Part shown: in pieces, positions 36,801-46,887 of the stretch
Numbering within the stretch: position 1 is the first letter of the stretch
Layout of the letters: every line of letters begins with the position of its first letter
Assembly (NCBI GenBank): GCA_044892505.1
Contig: CM097882.1
Coordinates: forward strand, 219,294,001-219,358,000
DNA from: Schmidtea nova
Lineage: Eukaryota
Length of the DNA stretch: 64,000 nt
Direction: 5' to 3'
Position numbers and translations under genes: made by a program
Notes under the pieces: model-generated
Seen by the model: only the letters and a program-made list of their open reading frames with translations
Told to the model about the DNA's origin: nothing
Databases searched by the model: none

Positions 36801-39800
36801 GATGATATTAATATGTCATCCATGTAAACTGCGCAGTGTTGTACATTTACTAATATTGTGTTCATTAGACGTTGAAATGTGGCTGGCGCATTAGTTAATC
36901 CGAAGGGTAATCGTGTGTACTCATATAAACCATCTTCAATAACAAATGCTGTTTTCTCTGCATCCCCTTCTTCCATTTGAATTTGCATATACCCCTTATT
37001 CGCATCAATGACTGAAAAATACTTAGCATCCCTAAGTTTATCATATTGCTCTTGTGCTTTTGGGAATGGATATGAGTCTTTTACTGTTACATCATTTAAT
37101 TTACGATAGTCAATGCACATTCTTATTTCTCCATCTTTCTTTTTGACGGGTACAATGGGTGATGCCCATTGTGAAAAACTTTGTTTTATTACACCTGCGT
37201 CTTTTAATTCTTTAATTTGTCGCTTTATCTCTTCTCTTAGTTTATATGGTACGCTATATGGTCTTTGTTTTATTGGTCTTGCATTGCCCGTATCTATTAC
37301 ATGTTTGATTATGTCAGTATCTCCTAAATCAAATTCATGTTTTGCAAAAACATCGCTGTTATCATCTATTAGTGTCTGTAATTGTGCTTGTTGTGTTATT
37401 GTTAGGTATTTATTATTGATTTTCACTTTGTCGTATGATTTTATACTATTTGTCTTACTAGGTTCGACCACTCTTTTGCCGTTATCATTTATCACACTTG
37501 TCTCGCTGACTTCATACGTTTTCTCTAATTTGCCTTTGAATAGTTTTCCCAATTTTGTGCCTTTGTGTATTTTTATATTACTTTTTTCATAATTCGCTAT
37601 TCTTAATGGGATTATTCCCTTTTTTGGAATTACGCATTCATTAGTTAACATTATATTTTGTGTAATTGCCGTTTCTGGCTCGAAAATAAAAGTGTCCTCA
37701 CTTTTGACGTTAACTTTTATGGGGATTATATGATCACACTCATATTCTAATTCGAATGCTTCTAATGCAACAACTTCCGTGAACTTGGACTTATGTTTGA
37801 TAGCTTTTCTTTTAATCGTGTTATCCGTTAAGTCTATGATGCAGTTATTCAGCTTGTTGAGTATATCGATCCCTAGTATACATATGCTATTGCATTCTTG
37901 TACTACTTTAAATATGTGGTGTATTACTTGTTCTGATGTTTCAACTACTAATTCAATATCTCCTTTTAGTGGAATGTAGTGTGCTGATAGTGTTACTACT
38001 TTATCCGTTGTTTTCATAATATTTCTCTTTTGACCATCTGTAAGTTGATCTTCCCTAATCAGGGACGTTGCTGCTCCAGTATCTACTAGTGCATTTATGA
38101 TTATATTGTTTATAATTATTTTAAGTCTTGGCCTTGCTTCGTTTGCTGTCTCTAATTGCTCCATCATTTCGACTTCCAAGCTATAACAACCATATATTTT
38201 TTTGGGTTCACAGTAACAATTCTTACTTTCTCTAGGAATTTTAATCTCTATATTTTCTTGTAACTCTTTTAATTGTTCTCTTTGGTTTTCGTATAGTCCT
38301 TGTTGTGGTGCATTTCCTTCATGTGATATCTGCGTTTTAACTATTTCCTCATTGTTTTCATCATCTATCAATATTTGCCTTTCTTCATTCCTTTGGATTT
38401 TTATTAAACGTATTTCTTTATCATGTTTTGCCGTAATCAGGTATTTGGCTACAAACGGGCATAAACATGCTAGTAATTTATATGAATTTCCGAATACTTG
38501 TTTCAGCTGTCGTAGTGATACTAAAGAAGAACAAACCATTTTTAGTAAAGCAACCGTATAGTAAATTCCCAAAATTGTAGAGAACATGTTTCCAAGGACT
38601 GCAAAATATCCCCATATACTATATAATACTTTATATGCTACTTTTTTGAAATATTCTTTTGATAACAACACGTCAAAATTGTAATTTCCTCCGTAACTTC
38701 CTTCGATAACTTTGTTTACCATTATTGACAGTATTCTTTCTTTTTCGTTTGGGAATAACATGTGTTTTCTTGCACTTTCTATAGCTTCTCTCGTATATAT
38801 GCCATTGCTATCCATATCGTTGATTTCTTTAAACTCCAATCTTTTTTCAAGCTCTATGAGTTCTAATTTGAGTGGTTTCATCGCCTCTTTCCTATCTGAC
38901 ATAGATATCCACATTTCGTCATTTATTTTGTATAATGGATCTAATAAATTAGTGCATTTTTCTATTTTTCTTGGTACATATGTTTTTTCTGTTAGTATTC
39001 TAGTAATTGGTTGAAGGTATACCCTTTCTCCTTTGTATATTACTGGTAACTCATTTGTGCACTGATTGTTTGTTGCCAATGATACACTAACAGGTTTGCA
39101 TTGAAATGTCTGTATCACTTCTCCTACTATCCTGGCAAATGTTCCTTCTTCTGAGAAGATTATTGGTGCCATCAAATCTGGGTTTGTTACCACGACTGCC
39201 ATTTTTGTCCTTAATATTTCTCTGTTGAGTTTGCAATCGCTCATGATTGTTGATTGATATACTTTATCTAATTGCACTAGTTGATTATGATAGAAAAAAT
39301 CTATTTTATTGTTGAAATATGATGCGAGTTTGACGTCGAATTTATTTACTTTTTGTTTTGCATCTTTGACTTCTTCTCTACTTATGTATATTCCTTCATA
39401 ATTAGTTTGTATTATTTCCTTACCACATTTTACACTTTTCCTTTTTCTAACGAACCTCATTGCTTCGTTTTCAGATTCTGACATATATATTGTTGGTGTA
39501 TCTTTTTCTTGTACAATTGTTGTTTTTCTTTTTTGATCTCTCACTCTTTTTGAGTCTACATCTGTGAACTGTTTCCCTTTGATTTCTCTAAATTTTAATG
39601 ATTTTAATTTTGTTAATTGGCAATCGTATTTATCTATTTTATATATTAGCATTGATTCTCCTGTATCGCAATATGATTCTTCTAATGTACAAAATTTGTA
39701 TATCATCATTTTCTTTGAGCTGCTGTCAAATGATGCCTTGAATTTTCTTAGTTCTACCATGTAGTGCCTTCTTACTACAACATTACTGAGTTTTTCACCC

Positions 39801-41695
39801 CATACGGTATACTCTCCTCCTTCACAATAACCCCCTTTTGATGTCCATCCCACAATATTTACGTCCTGTCTCATCTTTGCTCCTATTCTTGCTTCTAGCT
39901 CGATTCCTTTGTGACCGCTATATTTAGCTTTCTTTGTTTTAAATGCCTCTTCACACTCCATTGGTGATAATATTACTGCTTCTGGTGTCCATGTGGGTTT
40001 TAAAACTGTTCTTGCCCCAGCATGGCATATATATGCTTCCTCCTGATACTTTATGATGCACTCTTTAGCTTCCGTATGAATAAAATCTGATTCTTGATAA
40101 ACATGAAACATTTGAGGCTCTGACATGATTAATTTAGTTGGATTTGCTTCTGGGCAATTTTCGACATCCAACAATGAATATTTTTGTCCCCATTTTGGCT
40201 TTTGACAATCATATGCTATTATTGCATTGCTACCCTTAATTAAATCTAATAATAATGTTATTATTACTATTACTGTGGAGGTTATCGATTTGTTTTCTGT
40301 TTTCTGTTTTATTGTTGTTTTCTCTATTAATTGTTTTATTACTTTATCTGTATCACTTTCTTTGTTTGTCGTATCCTCATCATATAATATTTTCCATCCT
40401 CCTTTCATTTTTATCCATGGTATTGCTTCTACCTTCAATTTTTTATACATCATCGTTACCACGTTGTCTAATTGTCCTTTTGGATTTTCCTTTATAATTT
40501 TTTTGTATCTTGCAGCCAAGTATGCCATGGCCGTTATTATTCTATCTTTATCTATCCCTGTATTAAACAGGATCTTTAATACTGTTTTTTCATCTGCTTC
40601 TTCTGTGGCTAGTCTTTTGGTATCTTTTTTAATTAGTTTCATTTTTTCTGTTATGTTTTCTATGAGTACCGTTGGTCTTGTTTCTGGAAATAGCTTAATA
40701 TCCATGACTTTTATTATTTCTTTTATTTTATTTATGTCGTTGTTGTCATCTTGGTATTCTAGTGTTTCATGTCTTTGTTTGTTTGCGATTTCTTTTAATC
40801 GTTCCGCTGTTTTTCTATTGTCCGATTTTTCTATTATTTCTGATTTTCGAGGTCTTCCTCTACCTCGTTTTGATGTTTCTGCATCTTTTGTTTTTGCTTC
40901 GTCAGCTATTCTTTCTATTGTTTCTTGTAGGTTACTATATTTTTCATCTATAGGTTTAAATATAATTTCTTCATCCCTTGCTGATTTCTTTGTTTCGCTA
41001 GGTGATTTATCCCATAGCCTAAATAATCTATCAAAATCGTTTTCTTCATTTATACTCAGTTCAACCGACGGTACTGGCGTCACTATCTCATCGACCATTC
41101 GTTTTTCTATTGTGGCTACCACAATATTATCACTTACTGGGTTTATCCCATAATCGATTAAATACTCGTCACTCAATAATTCTATTCCGTTAAAATATAA
41201 TTTTATTACATCTTTCTCTCCTATGGTTCCTGGCCATTTGGCTCTTACCGTTCGTTTTAATTTGCTCACTTTAGTGCAGGGATGTACCCTTTGTTTGTTT
41301 CTGGAAAAGTAGTTATCGTTTGATTCAATCGTTACATTTAGTGTTTCATGCAGTCTTTCATTTTTTCTTATATATTCTCCATAACATTTTAACATCTCTT
41401 TTATTTCTATTTCTAATTCAAATATTTTCGTTATATTTTGCCTCTTTACCATCATTGGTATCAAATTTCTAAGCTTATCTAATTCAATCCCATTAACTTG
41501 TATTTTATTGATTATTCTCAGTGTTTCGTTATCATCAAATGGTTGTTTATACAATATCTCTTTAAATTCTTCTATCAATTCTTTTTGTTTATTTTCTTCT
41601 GTGAGAAATATTTCATCTGCTTCTCTAATTTCTTTTAACTCATCATTATCGATATCTACTTCATTTGTAAAAGTACTAAATTCATTTATAGACAT
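33887..41695 (-). CDS. pol: 2602-aa polyprotein: UBL, AT-hook, Bcl-2-like, signal, chuvirus-like glycoprotein, TM, aspartic protease, RT, RNase H, integrase, signal, FN3-like, TM
   Basis: LVDTGA (D at 38083), YMDD (36815-36826), TDASG...TDHKPL, H-H-C-C zinc finger, DDE core, GPY module. Accessory domains are detailed in the findings. Confidence 0.95.
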   Translation of the reverse strand: MSINEFSTFTNEVDIDNDELKEIREADEIFLTEENKQKELIEEFKEILYKQPFDDNETLRIINKIQVNGIELDKLRNLIPMMVKRQNITKIFELEIEIKEMLKCYGEYIRKNERLHETLNVTIESNDNYFSRNKQRVHPCTKVSKLKRTVRAKWPGTIGEKDVIKLYFNGIELLSDEYLIDYGINPVSDNIVVATIEKRMVDEIVTPVPSVELSINEENDFDRLFRLWDKSPSETKKSARDEEIIFKPIDEKYSNLQETIERIADEAKTKDAETSKRGRGRPRKSEIIEKSDNRKTAERLKEIANKQRHETLEYQDDNNDINKIKEIIKVMDIKLFPETRPTVLIENITEKMKLIKKDTKRLATEEADEKTVLKILFNTGIDKDRIITAMAYLAARYKKIIKENPKGQLDNVVTMMYKKLKVEAIPWIKMKGGWKILYDEDTTNKESDTDKVIKQLIEKTTIKQKTENKSITSTVIVIITLLLDLIKGSNAIIAYDCQKPKWGQKYSLLDVENCPEANPTKLIMSEPQMFHVYQESDFIHTEAKECIIKYQEEAYICHAGARTVLKPTWTPEAVILSPMECEEAFKTKKAKYSGHKGIELEARIGAKMRQDVNIVGWTSKGGYCEGGEYTVWGEKLSNVVVRRHYMVELRKFKASFDSSSKKMMIYKFCTLEESYCDTGESMLIYKIDKYDCQLTKLKSLKFREIKGKQFTDVDSKRVRDQKRKTTIVQEKDTPTIYMSESENEAMRFVRKRKSVKCGKEIIQTNYEGIYISREEVKDAKQKVNKFDVKLASYFNNKIDFFYHNQLVQLDKVYQSTIMSDCKLNREILRTKMAVVVTNPDLMAPIIFSEEGTFARIVGEVIQTFQCKPVSVSLATNNQCTNELPVIYKGERVYLQPITRILTEKTYVPRKIEKCTNLLDPLYKINDEMWISMSDRKEAMKPLKLELIELEKRLEFKEINDMDSNGIYTREAIESARKHMLFPNEKERILSIMVNKVIEGSYGGNYNFDVLLSKEYFKKVAYKVLYSIWGYFAVLGNMFSTILGIYYTVALLKMVCSSLVSLRQLKQVFGNSYKLLACLCPFVAKYLITAKHDKEIRLIKIQRNEERQILIDDENNEEIVKTQISHEGNAPQQGLYENQREQLKELQENIEIKIPRESKNCYCEPKKIYGCYSLEVEMMEQLETANEARPRLKIIINNIIINALVDTGAATSLIREDQLTDGQKRNIMKTTDKVVTLSAHYIPLKGDIELVVETSEQVIHHIFKVVQECNSICILGIDILNKLNNCIIDLTDNTIKRKAIKHKSKFTEVVALEAFELEYECDHIIPIKVNVKSEDTFIFEPETAITQNIMLTNECVIPKKGIIPLRIANYEKSNIKIHKGTKLGKLFKGKLEKTYEVSETSVINDNGKRVVEPSKTNSIKSYDKVKINNKYLTITQQAQLQTLIDDNSDVFAKHEFDLGDTDIIKHVIDTGNARPIKQRPYSVPYKLREEIKRQIKELKDAGVIKQSFSQWASPIVPVKKKDGEIRMCIDYRKLNDVTVKDSYPFPKAQEQYDKLRDAKYFSVIDANKGYMQIQMEEGDAEKTAFVIEDGLYEYTRLPFGLTNAPATFQRLMNTILVNVQHCAVYMDDILISSKTFEEHLKDITNVLERLRKARIKIKPTKCKWAESSALFLGHIVTVEGIKPNPEKIEVVKKFPIPKTVQQVQGFLGLTGYYRKFIQDYAKIATPIIELTKGIKTKGKCKDVLIVQEINNKVNKIQKKWTKEHQEAFDKLKERLITAPVLRYPNFEKQFIVMTDASGKAVGAVLGQEEEKGKDYVIAYASKTLKGAQLRYSTIEKECYAIVFALKQFKPYIYGTEVIIRTDHKPLEGLWKHKDTSSRLLKWAMKIQDMHLKIIYKPGRINKNADALSRIPELGALEIFALVAEKPIDINEEQMKDPEINKIRNEIRKENNSKYKISKKLVVIEDFNGKQLIVVPQKLRQILLLQYHDGALGGHLSSRKTASRLLQKYYWEELKKDVKRWCNACTICATRKNTGTKTKAPLHPIPATTSPMELCAMDFLCKLPTTINGNKHILVFSDYFTRWAEAFPTKDETAETVAKLLIEKIIFKIGTPKRLLTDKGTNFTSELIKRVANIFNMQKINTTAYHPQTDGLVERFNGTLLSRLAVFVGKNQNDWDEYISQCTYIHNITPNETTGYSHYYLMFLREPATPIDTIFEPRVSQYLDAPDYVTLMQEKLQEVYKVANLKVKYRQEQYKADYDKNSKPHNFKVGDKVRLMSPQVGKGKTTKLARPYKGPYEVVKVINENLHLQKHKNEDPIVVHVNRCKLAEAEVTIDKPHKYNLRSHNKLIISAIFLTIITIVGSTETIEFDRVLIKISTNEVRAFIINRGVIDLYMQTTNGKNPKMIKGKDDRTTNEIERGNYINFTKLTPNTIYRICIQRNTDTTTWRCKKIKTEQLPKDIIKNQNITPDRIKSTTTTSNNRLNTTLHTNEIPTSTGIAKLQKQYNAKKQKQEPIKIRQGRPIVIHNLEELQAFRKKDKNPHWPFYVITTSIIALAVLALITSVQIYKKYKWKRQRYRSQLVRNVPGHFHLAKYIPGEYSRSTLV

Positions 41696-42988
41696 TTAAA
41701 GCTTTCTCTCAATAAGTCTTCCATATTGCGTTTTAAATTCTTTTAATTCTTCTCTTAATATGTTTATTTCTTTATTTGCTGATTCAAGCTCAGCGCTATT
41801 TACCTGCTTTATCTCAGGCTCATTTTTAAATCTTACTCTTATCGGTGAATCTGCTCGTGGTTTATTACATACCTTTGCTAGGTGACCATACTTTTGGCAA
41901 TTGTAACACTTTATTTGTCCATTAAAATTCACTTTATCCCTACCCTCATTATTATAAGTATTTCGCCTCACTGGGCTATCTTGTCTATTTCTCGAATTAT
42001 CTCTATATCTATTATCTCTTCTATTATATTCGAAGCGACTATCTCTATTATTTCTATTATATCCACTGTAACTGTTATAACCAGAACGATTATCTCTAAA
42101 ATTATCTCTGTTGTCTTTATCATTATTTCTGTCAAAACGATTGTCTCTAAAACTATCTCTATTATTATTCCCTTTATAGTTATCTTTAAAATTATCTCTA
42201 TTTCTATTATCAAAATTTTTATTTCCTGAACTGTTAAACTTTCCCTTGTTTTCAGGTGATTGGCTTCTATTAGGACTAAATTTTCTTCTATTATTAACAA
42301 AATTCAAATATAATTGTTTCATTTCTTCCCAAGGGATACTATCATCTTTATTTTTCAACTCAGGTTTTACCTCAAGTTGCTTTTCAATTTCTACAGCGTC
42401 TATCTCTGGTCTAAATCGATCTCTTTGTATTGCTTCGATACGTTTTGCTTTTTGTACTAATTCATTTAAGTCTTCATATTCAATCGTAATTAATGCTTTG
42501 TATAAATATTTTTGGATTCCGTTCCAAAACTGATCCTCGATTAACCTACTAGTGTGATCTCCTGCACCAAATGCCTTTTTTGCTAATTCTGTTATCGTGT
42601 ATATATATTCACCTACTGATTCTCTTGCTCCTTGGTATCTACTTCTAAATTTTTGAACATTTATTTTTTGTAAGTCTCTATCTATTACTATTTCTTTTCT
42701 AAGGTTTGTAACTAACTCTTGATAATTAATGCCTTTACATGCTAAATTATTGTATGCTTGTAATGCATATCCTTTTAAATATAATGGAATTCGTTGTTTT
42801 AATTCATTTGTTTTCCATCCGCAAGCCTCTGCATATTGTGCGATTTCGGCAAAAAAGTCGTCGAACTTTTCAGGGTCTCCTTTATATGATTCTATTGGTA
42901 GTGTTTTTATAAAATTATGATTACTGTTGATGTTGTCTGTATTGCTGTTACTTCAACTATTATTGCTGCCTGTACTATTATTACTCAT
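41696..42988 (-). pseudogene. gag: gag (430 codons) with an in-frame TGA at codon 12
   Basis: ATG 42988 MSNNSTGSNNS*SNSN... followed by an open capsid-like region (YKGDPEKFDDFF...W...RYQGARESVGEY), an RD/N-rich tract and a zinc knuckle CYNCQKYGHLAKVC. Confidence 0.88.
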
Positions 42989-43217
42989 TTTGTATATTAC
43001 CTTATTTCTTAACTTGTGTAATATTTCAGATGGCTTATCTATAATAACTTTCTTTATCTTTTTACCTATTTTGTTATTGTTAACCTTATATGTTTGTATA
43101 TTTTCGAATTTCTGTTTTGGTCAATAATATTTATATAAATATATTTTCCCGATATATATTACAATATCCCTCTGATCGAAATTCCTATCCCCCAATTGAT
43201 ATTATGATATTTTATTG

Positions 43218-43235
43218 TCCCGGTTCGCGGCACCA
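43218..43235 (-). other. Primer-binding site, most similar to tRNA-His
   Basis: TGGTGCCGCGAACCGGGA, 2 nt after the 5' LTR. The TGGTGCCG start matches His-tRNA 3' ends; the tRNA identity is inference. Confidence 0.8.
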
Positions 43236-43237
43236 AA

Positions 43238-44396
43238 TGTTGAGGTTCCAAATATTTGCTATTTGCAATCTCAACTTGTTATTGGGGTGATTCGTATATA
43301 AATATCAAAAACAAAGTTTGCTTCAAAATTTTATTAATACAATAAAATTACTTTTTATTCCGTTTACAATTAATAACTCAAATTCTTTATCACACAATTT
43401 TTTTAAAAAGAAAAAGTCGTGTCAAATCAATTCTTGTAATTGAACCTATTGGGTGACTGCTATGTAGTGCGTGCTATATTTTATTTGTGGATCCAATGTT
43501 TCTGATCCGGGTTTTAATAAGTTTTTCAAGATTTCCTTGAAAACTCGATATTGCGCAGATTTTAATTCTTTAGTTTAAAATTAGATTTTAAAGCTATGCA
43601 ATTTTTTGGGCGTTTTTTCTGATTTTTCCATCAGCTTATATAGTAAATTTTTATCTTGTTCGCCAATCATATAATTATATTAAAATATTTATATTTCAAT
43701 CGGTCTTTTTAACCATCATATAATTATATTTATTAAAATATTTATATTTCAATCGGTCTTTTTAACCGGATTTTGTTTATTTTATCTGGCTCAATATCTA
43801 GAATAATATCTAGAATTTACATCTTGTCGTTTTACAATTTGCCGTTATCTAAAATTATTATTTTTTATTAAATAAATATCTAAAATTTACAATTTGCCCT
43901 TTTTAATATATTATTATCTAAAATTATTATTTTTTATTAAACAAAAATTTATTATCTACAATTTGCCCTTTTTAATATATTATTACTTCACATCTCATGC
44001 ACTGTCATATTTTTATTTATACAGATATATTACCTTATAGATTTTTACACAAATATATATATAAAATTCAAATGATAATATACGGAATATTTATGAAATT
44101 CAAGTACAGAATAATTATATACACTTCAAATACAGAATAATGACACTCATATACAAAATTTAAAAGTATATTAAATAATAAAGTTGTGATCACATAAACA
44201 TAGTCATATAGTGATTATTTGAGGCTTTGTTGGCTTTGATTGAAGAAGGGTGATTATTTGAGGCGATTGAAGATGGAGTCTGCATTATTTTCGGACTGGG
44301 TTTCTGCATATATATTAACCCTGTATCGATTAGGCCCTGTCCTGTAATATTTGTTCAGGGTAAATGCTTGGATGGGCTTCCCTCGATCATCCAACA
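43238..44396 (-). repeat. 5' LTR
   Basis: Direct repeat of 30482-31640; no difference found by eye. Confidence 0.97.
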
Positions 44397-45000
44397 GATA
44401 TCACAATCAGATTCATTGAATTCGTTTGTTTCTATTCTTGCTTCACTATTCGAGAAATGTCTGTAAAGCCAAGATGTACTCATGGTTCATATATAGGATA
44501 ATTTCATCTTCCGATTCTTTTCCAAATTTAATATTTACTGATGCTCCGTCACATGTGACCACAATATCAATCAATTAGTTCCCTCGTTATTTATGAAACA
44601 CAACTTCAGTGTATGTGAATTAAACGCAAATTTATAAATTCTAAATCGGAATTATAAAGGTTCAGGAATCTTCTGTCCGTAAGCTTGTCCACTCATCAAA
44701 AGTTGATGATAATTTTTTGAATTATTTTGATTTGATTTTTGCCTTAAGTTTATTTTTAATTATGGATCTGGGTCATTTATTGATTCACGAATAAAGATGG
44801 ATCTAGTAATTTGTCTTATCGACTAACCATCTAGAGCAGCTAATCTGGATATGATTTCTTCAAAGCTTGTTCGTGGCACAAACTGCAACAAATTAGATTG
44901 AAGACAGTTTTTTTTGAAGTTTTGGCTTTTGGCCCTACATTGACAGTCTCTTTTAATAAATTGTCGATTTTTTTAAATGTTTTTTTTAGATTTTTAGATG
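44397..45000 (-). pseudogene. hAT transposase relic, N-terminal half (split from 29445-30481 by the Gypsy insertion)
   Basis: Minus strand reads SFEEIISRLAALDG, FINLRLIHIH and IVVTCDGASVNIKFG, matching the TDGAS motif of this hAT group. Confidence 0.7.
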
Positions 45001-45525
45001 GGATAAACATTACCATGAAATAGTCAACGATAAATAATTCGTATAACTCACAAGTGTATCGCTCTAAAACGTGGGAAATATGTTAATCTTGTTTTTGACA
45101 ATACTCCTAAACACTTTTTGAAATGATAAATTTAATACGACATTGAGAAATAAAATCAGGTTGCACCAAAGATAAATCAAAAATCAAAAATATTGTTGGG
45201 TTAACCAACACCCTAAAGCAAACATTGAAAAAGAAATAAAATCAATCAATTAATTACCCACAAATCCACGAGAGCAATTACAAATTGCCACGAAAACTAG
45301 AAAAAAACAAATGAATTGAGAAATACTTTAAAAAACCAACATTGGAGTGGAATTATGACAGAAGTGGAACCTGACGGACACTTCAGCCAATTATAGAAAA
45401 TAAATAATACTGCAATTTAAAATACTTGAGAGCCAATTAAAAGAAAAACAAAATGAAAATGAAAATGAAAAGAAAACAACAACTTAAAAGCACTCAAGAA
45501 TGAATTATAAAACCATAGACCTAAT

Positions 45526-45581
45526 CTGATTGGTTAAAAATTAGTGCGGAAAAAGTATAAATACCACTGGTAATTTCAGTC
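45526..45581 (+). promoter_or_regulatory. Possible Pol II core promoter ahead of the second orphan-element copy
   Basis: ctgattgg (inverted CCAAT) at 45526, tataaata at 45556, tcagt (Inr-like) at 45576. TATA-Inr spacing is somewhat short. Confidence 0.3.
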
Positions 45582-46887
45582 AGATAGATATACCTGAAAG
45601 TCAGTTTGACATAGTCATAACTTACCTAGTGTAAATTTGCATCTTGTAAAGCTCATTAAAAGAATAAAAGATAATTTATGTCTTGGGTTTTCTATCATTA
45701 TTAAACTGTGTTCGGTTGATCATCCCGGTAATGTGTGAAAGTGCTAAAATCATTAAGGGCACTTCCCGACGGTCTCCGGAAACGACGGGTGAAATTTTGC
45801 CTCTCGACGCAACGCCTTATGGGTGTTGGCCGGTGCGGCGTACGAGCGCATATATCATGGTGAAAGGGAGAAGGGTTTGCACATAGTGACCATTTAGAGA
45901 GTAAAACTTTAGTGTCCACAGGAGGTAAAACATCTATTAACAAGCTTTATTACTATGACCATACAAGTAAAATATACACTCGCAGTTCGAGGTTGCAGGA
46001 ATATATATGTCATCACATGCAGGGGTAACATGGTCTTGACGATTTCGACAGGGCATGAGACAATTTGAGAGAATAGATACCACCAGATTTTGACCCGTAA
46101 CAACAACGCATGCACAGCACGAATAGACGATGTAGTGAAATTAGAGTACTCATAGATTCACATAGAATGTTTGCACTGAAATGTTGAATGAATGATGATT
46201 GCTAGTGAATGATGGATGACGATGCTCCACTATTGTTTCGTCTATAGGAATTTGATATGAGTTGAGTGTTTAGTTCCACGAATGATGAGTGATAGTGTAG
46301 TGCAATGGATCTGGTGAATAAAGTAATTCACCACCAGTGTGAAACGATGCATTGTAGATTTGAATTTGATCCAGCATACAAAAGTAATTAAGGAAAATCA
46401 ACGACTATAAATCCGATTGATCGATAGAACAATAGACAGGTGAAAATTTAGAAATAATAATGGTTTCCTAACATGAATAGCGATGAGATAATTTTCTGAG
46501 TTAACCAGCAAGGGAATAACAGCTGTTGAATGCAATTCAATCTTACAGGTGACACTATAAAAATTAAATCAATAGACCGAATGGTGTAATTAACCAGAGT
46601 ATGAATGAATGATTTAGGAAAATTATCGACTACAGTGGGGTGAGGTTGATGCATGAAATGACTGAGTGAAATAATATAGGGGTGTTGCAGTATGACGTAT
46701 TGGACAAGAGAAGTCGATTGAAGTAAAATGAAGTGATGATGACCGGAATGGGGACGGGACATATCCAAACCCGATGTTGATAATCGCGCAACTAAATACC
46801 ATAATCTATTTATATCTAGCGATATTCATGGGGAATCCGTCAAAGCTAATGCGGACTAAAACAACTAAATCTCATCGAAAGAGTAAA

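Larger units (their letters stand above)
30482..44396 (-). mobile_element. Full-length Ty3/Gypsy LTR retroelement with an env-like gene and several accessory domains
   Basis: Two 1159-bp LTRs (TGTTG...CAACA), 4-bp TSD GATA (30478-30481 and 44397-44400), PBS, PPT, gag, and PR-RT-RH-IN domain order. Confidence 0.97.

Noticed and set aside
31595-43290. Many plus-strand hydrophobic ORFs (e.g. 40227-41153, 32450-32896, 37113-37592)
   Set aside because: They are antisense shadows of A-rich minus-strand coding sequence, with F/L/S/I-biased composition and no motifs.
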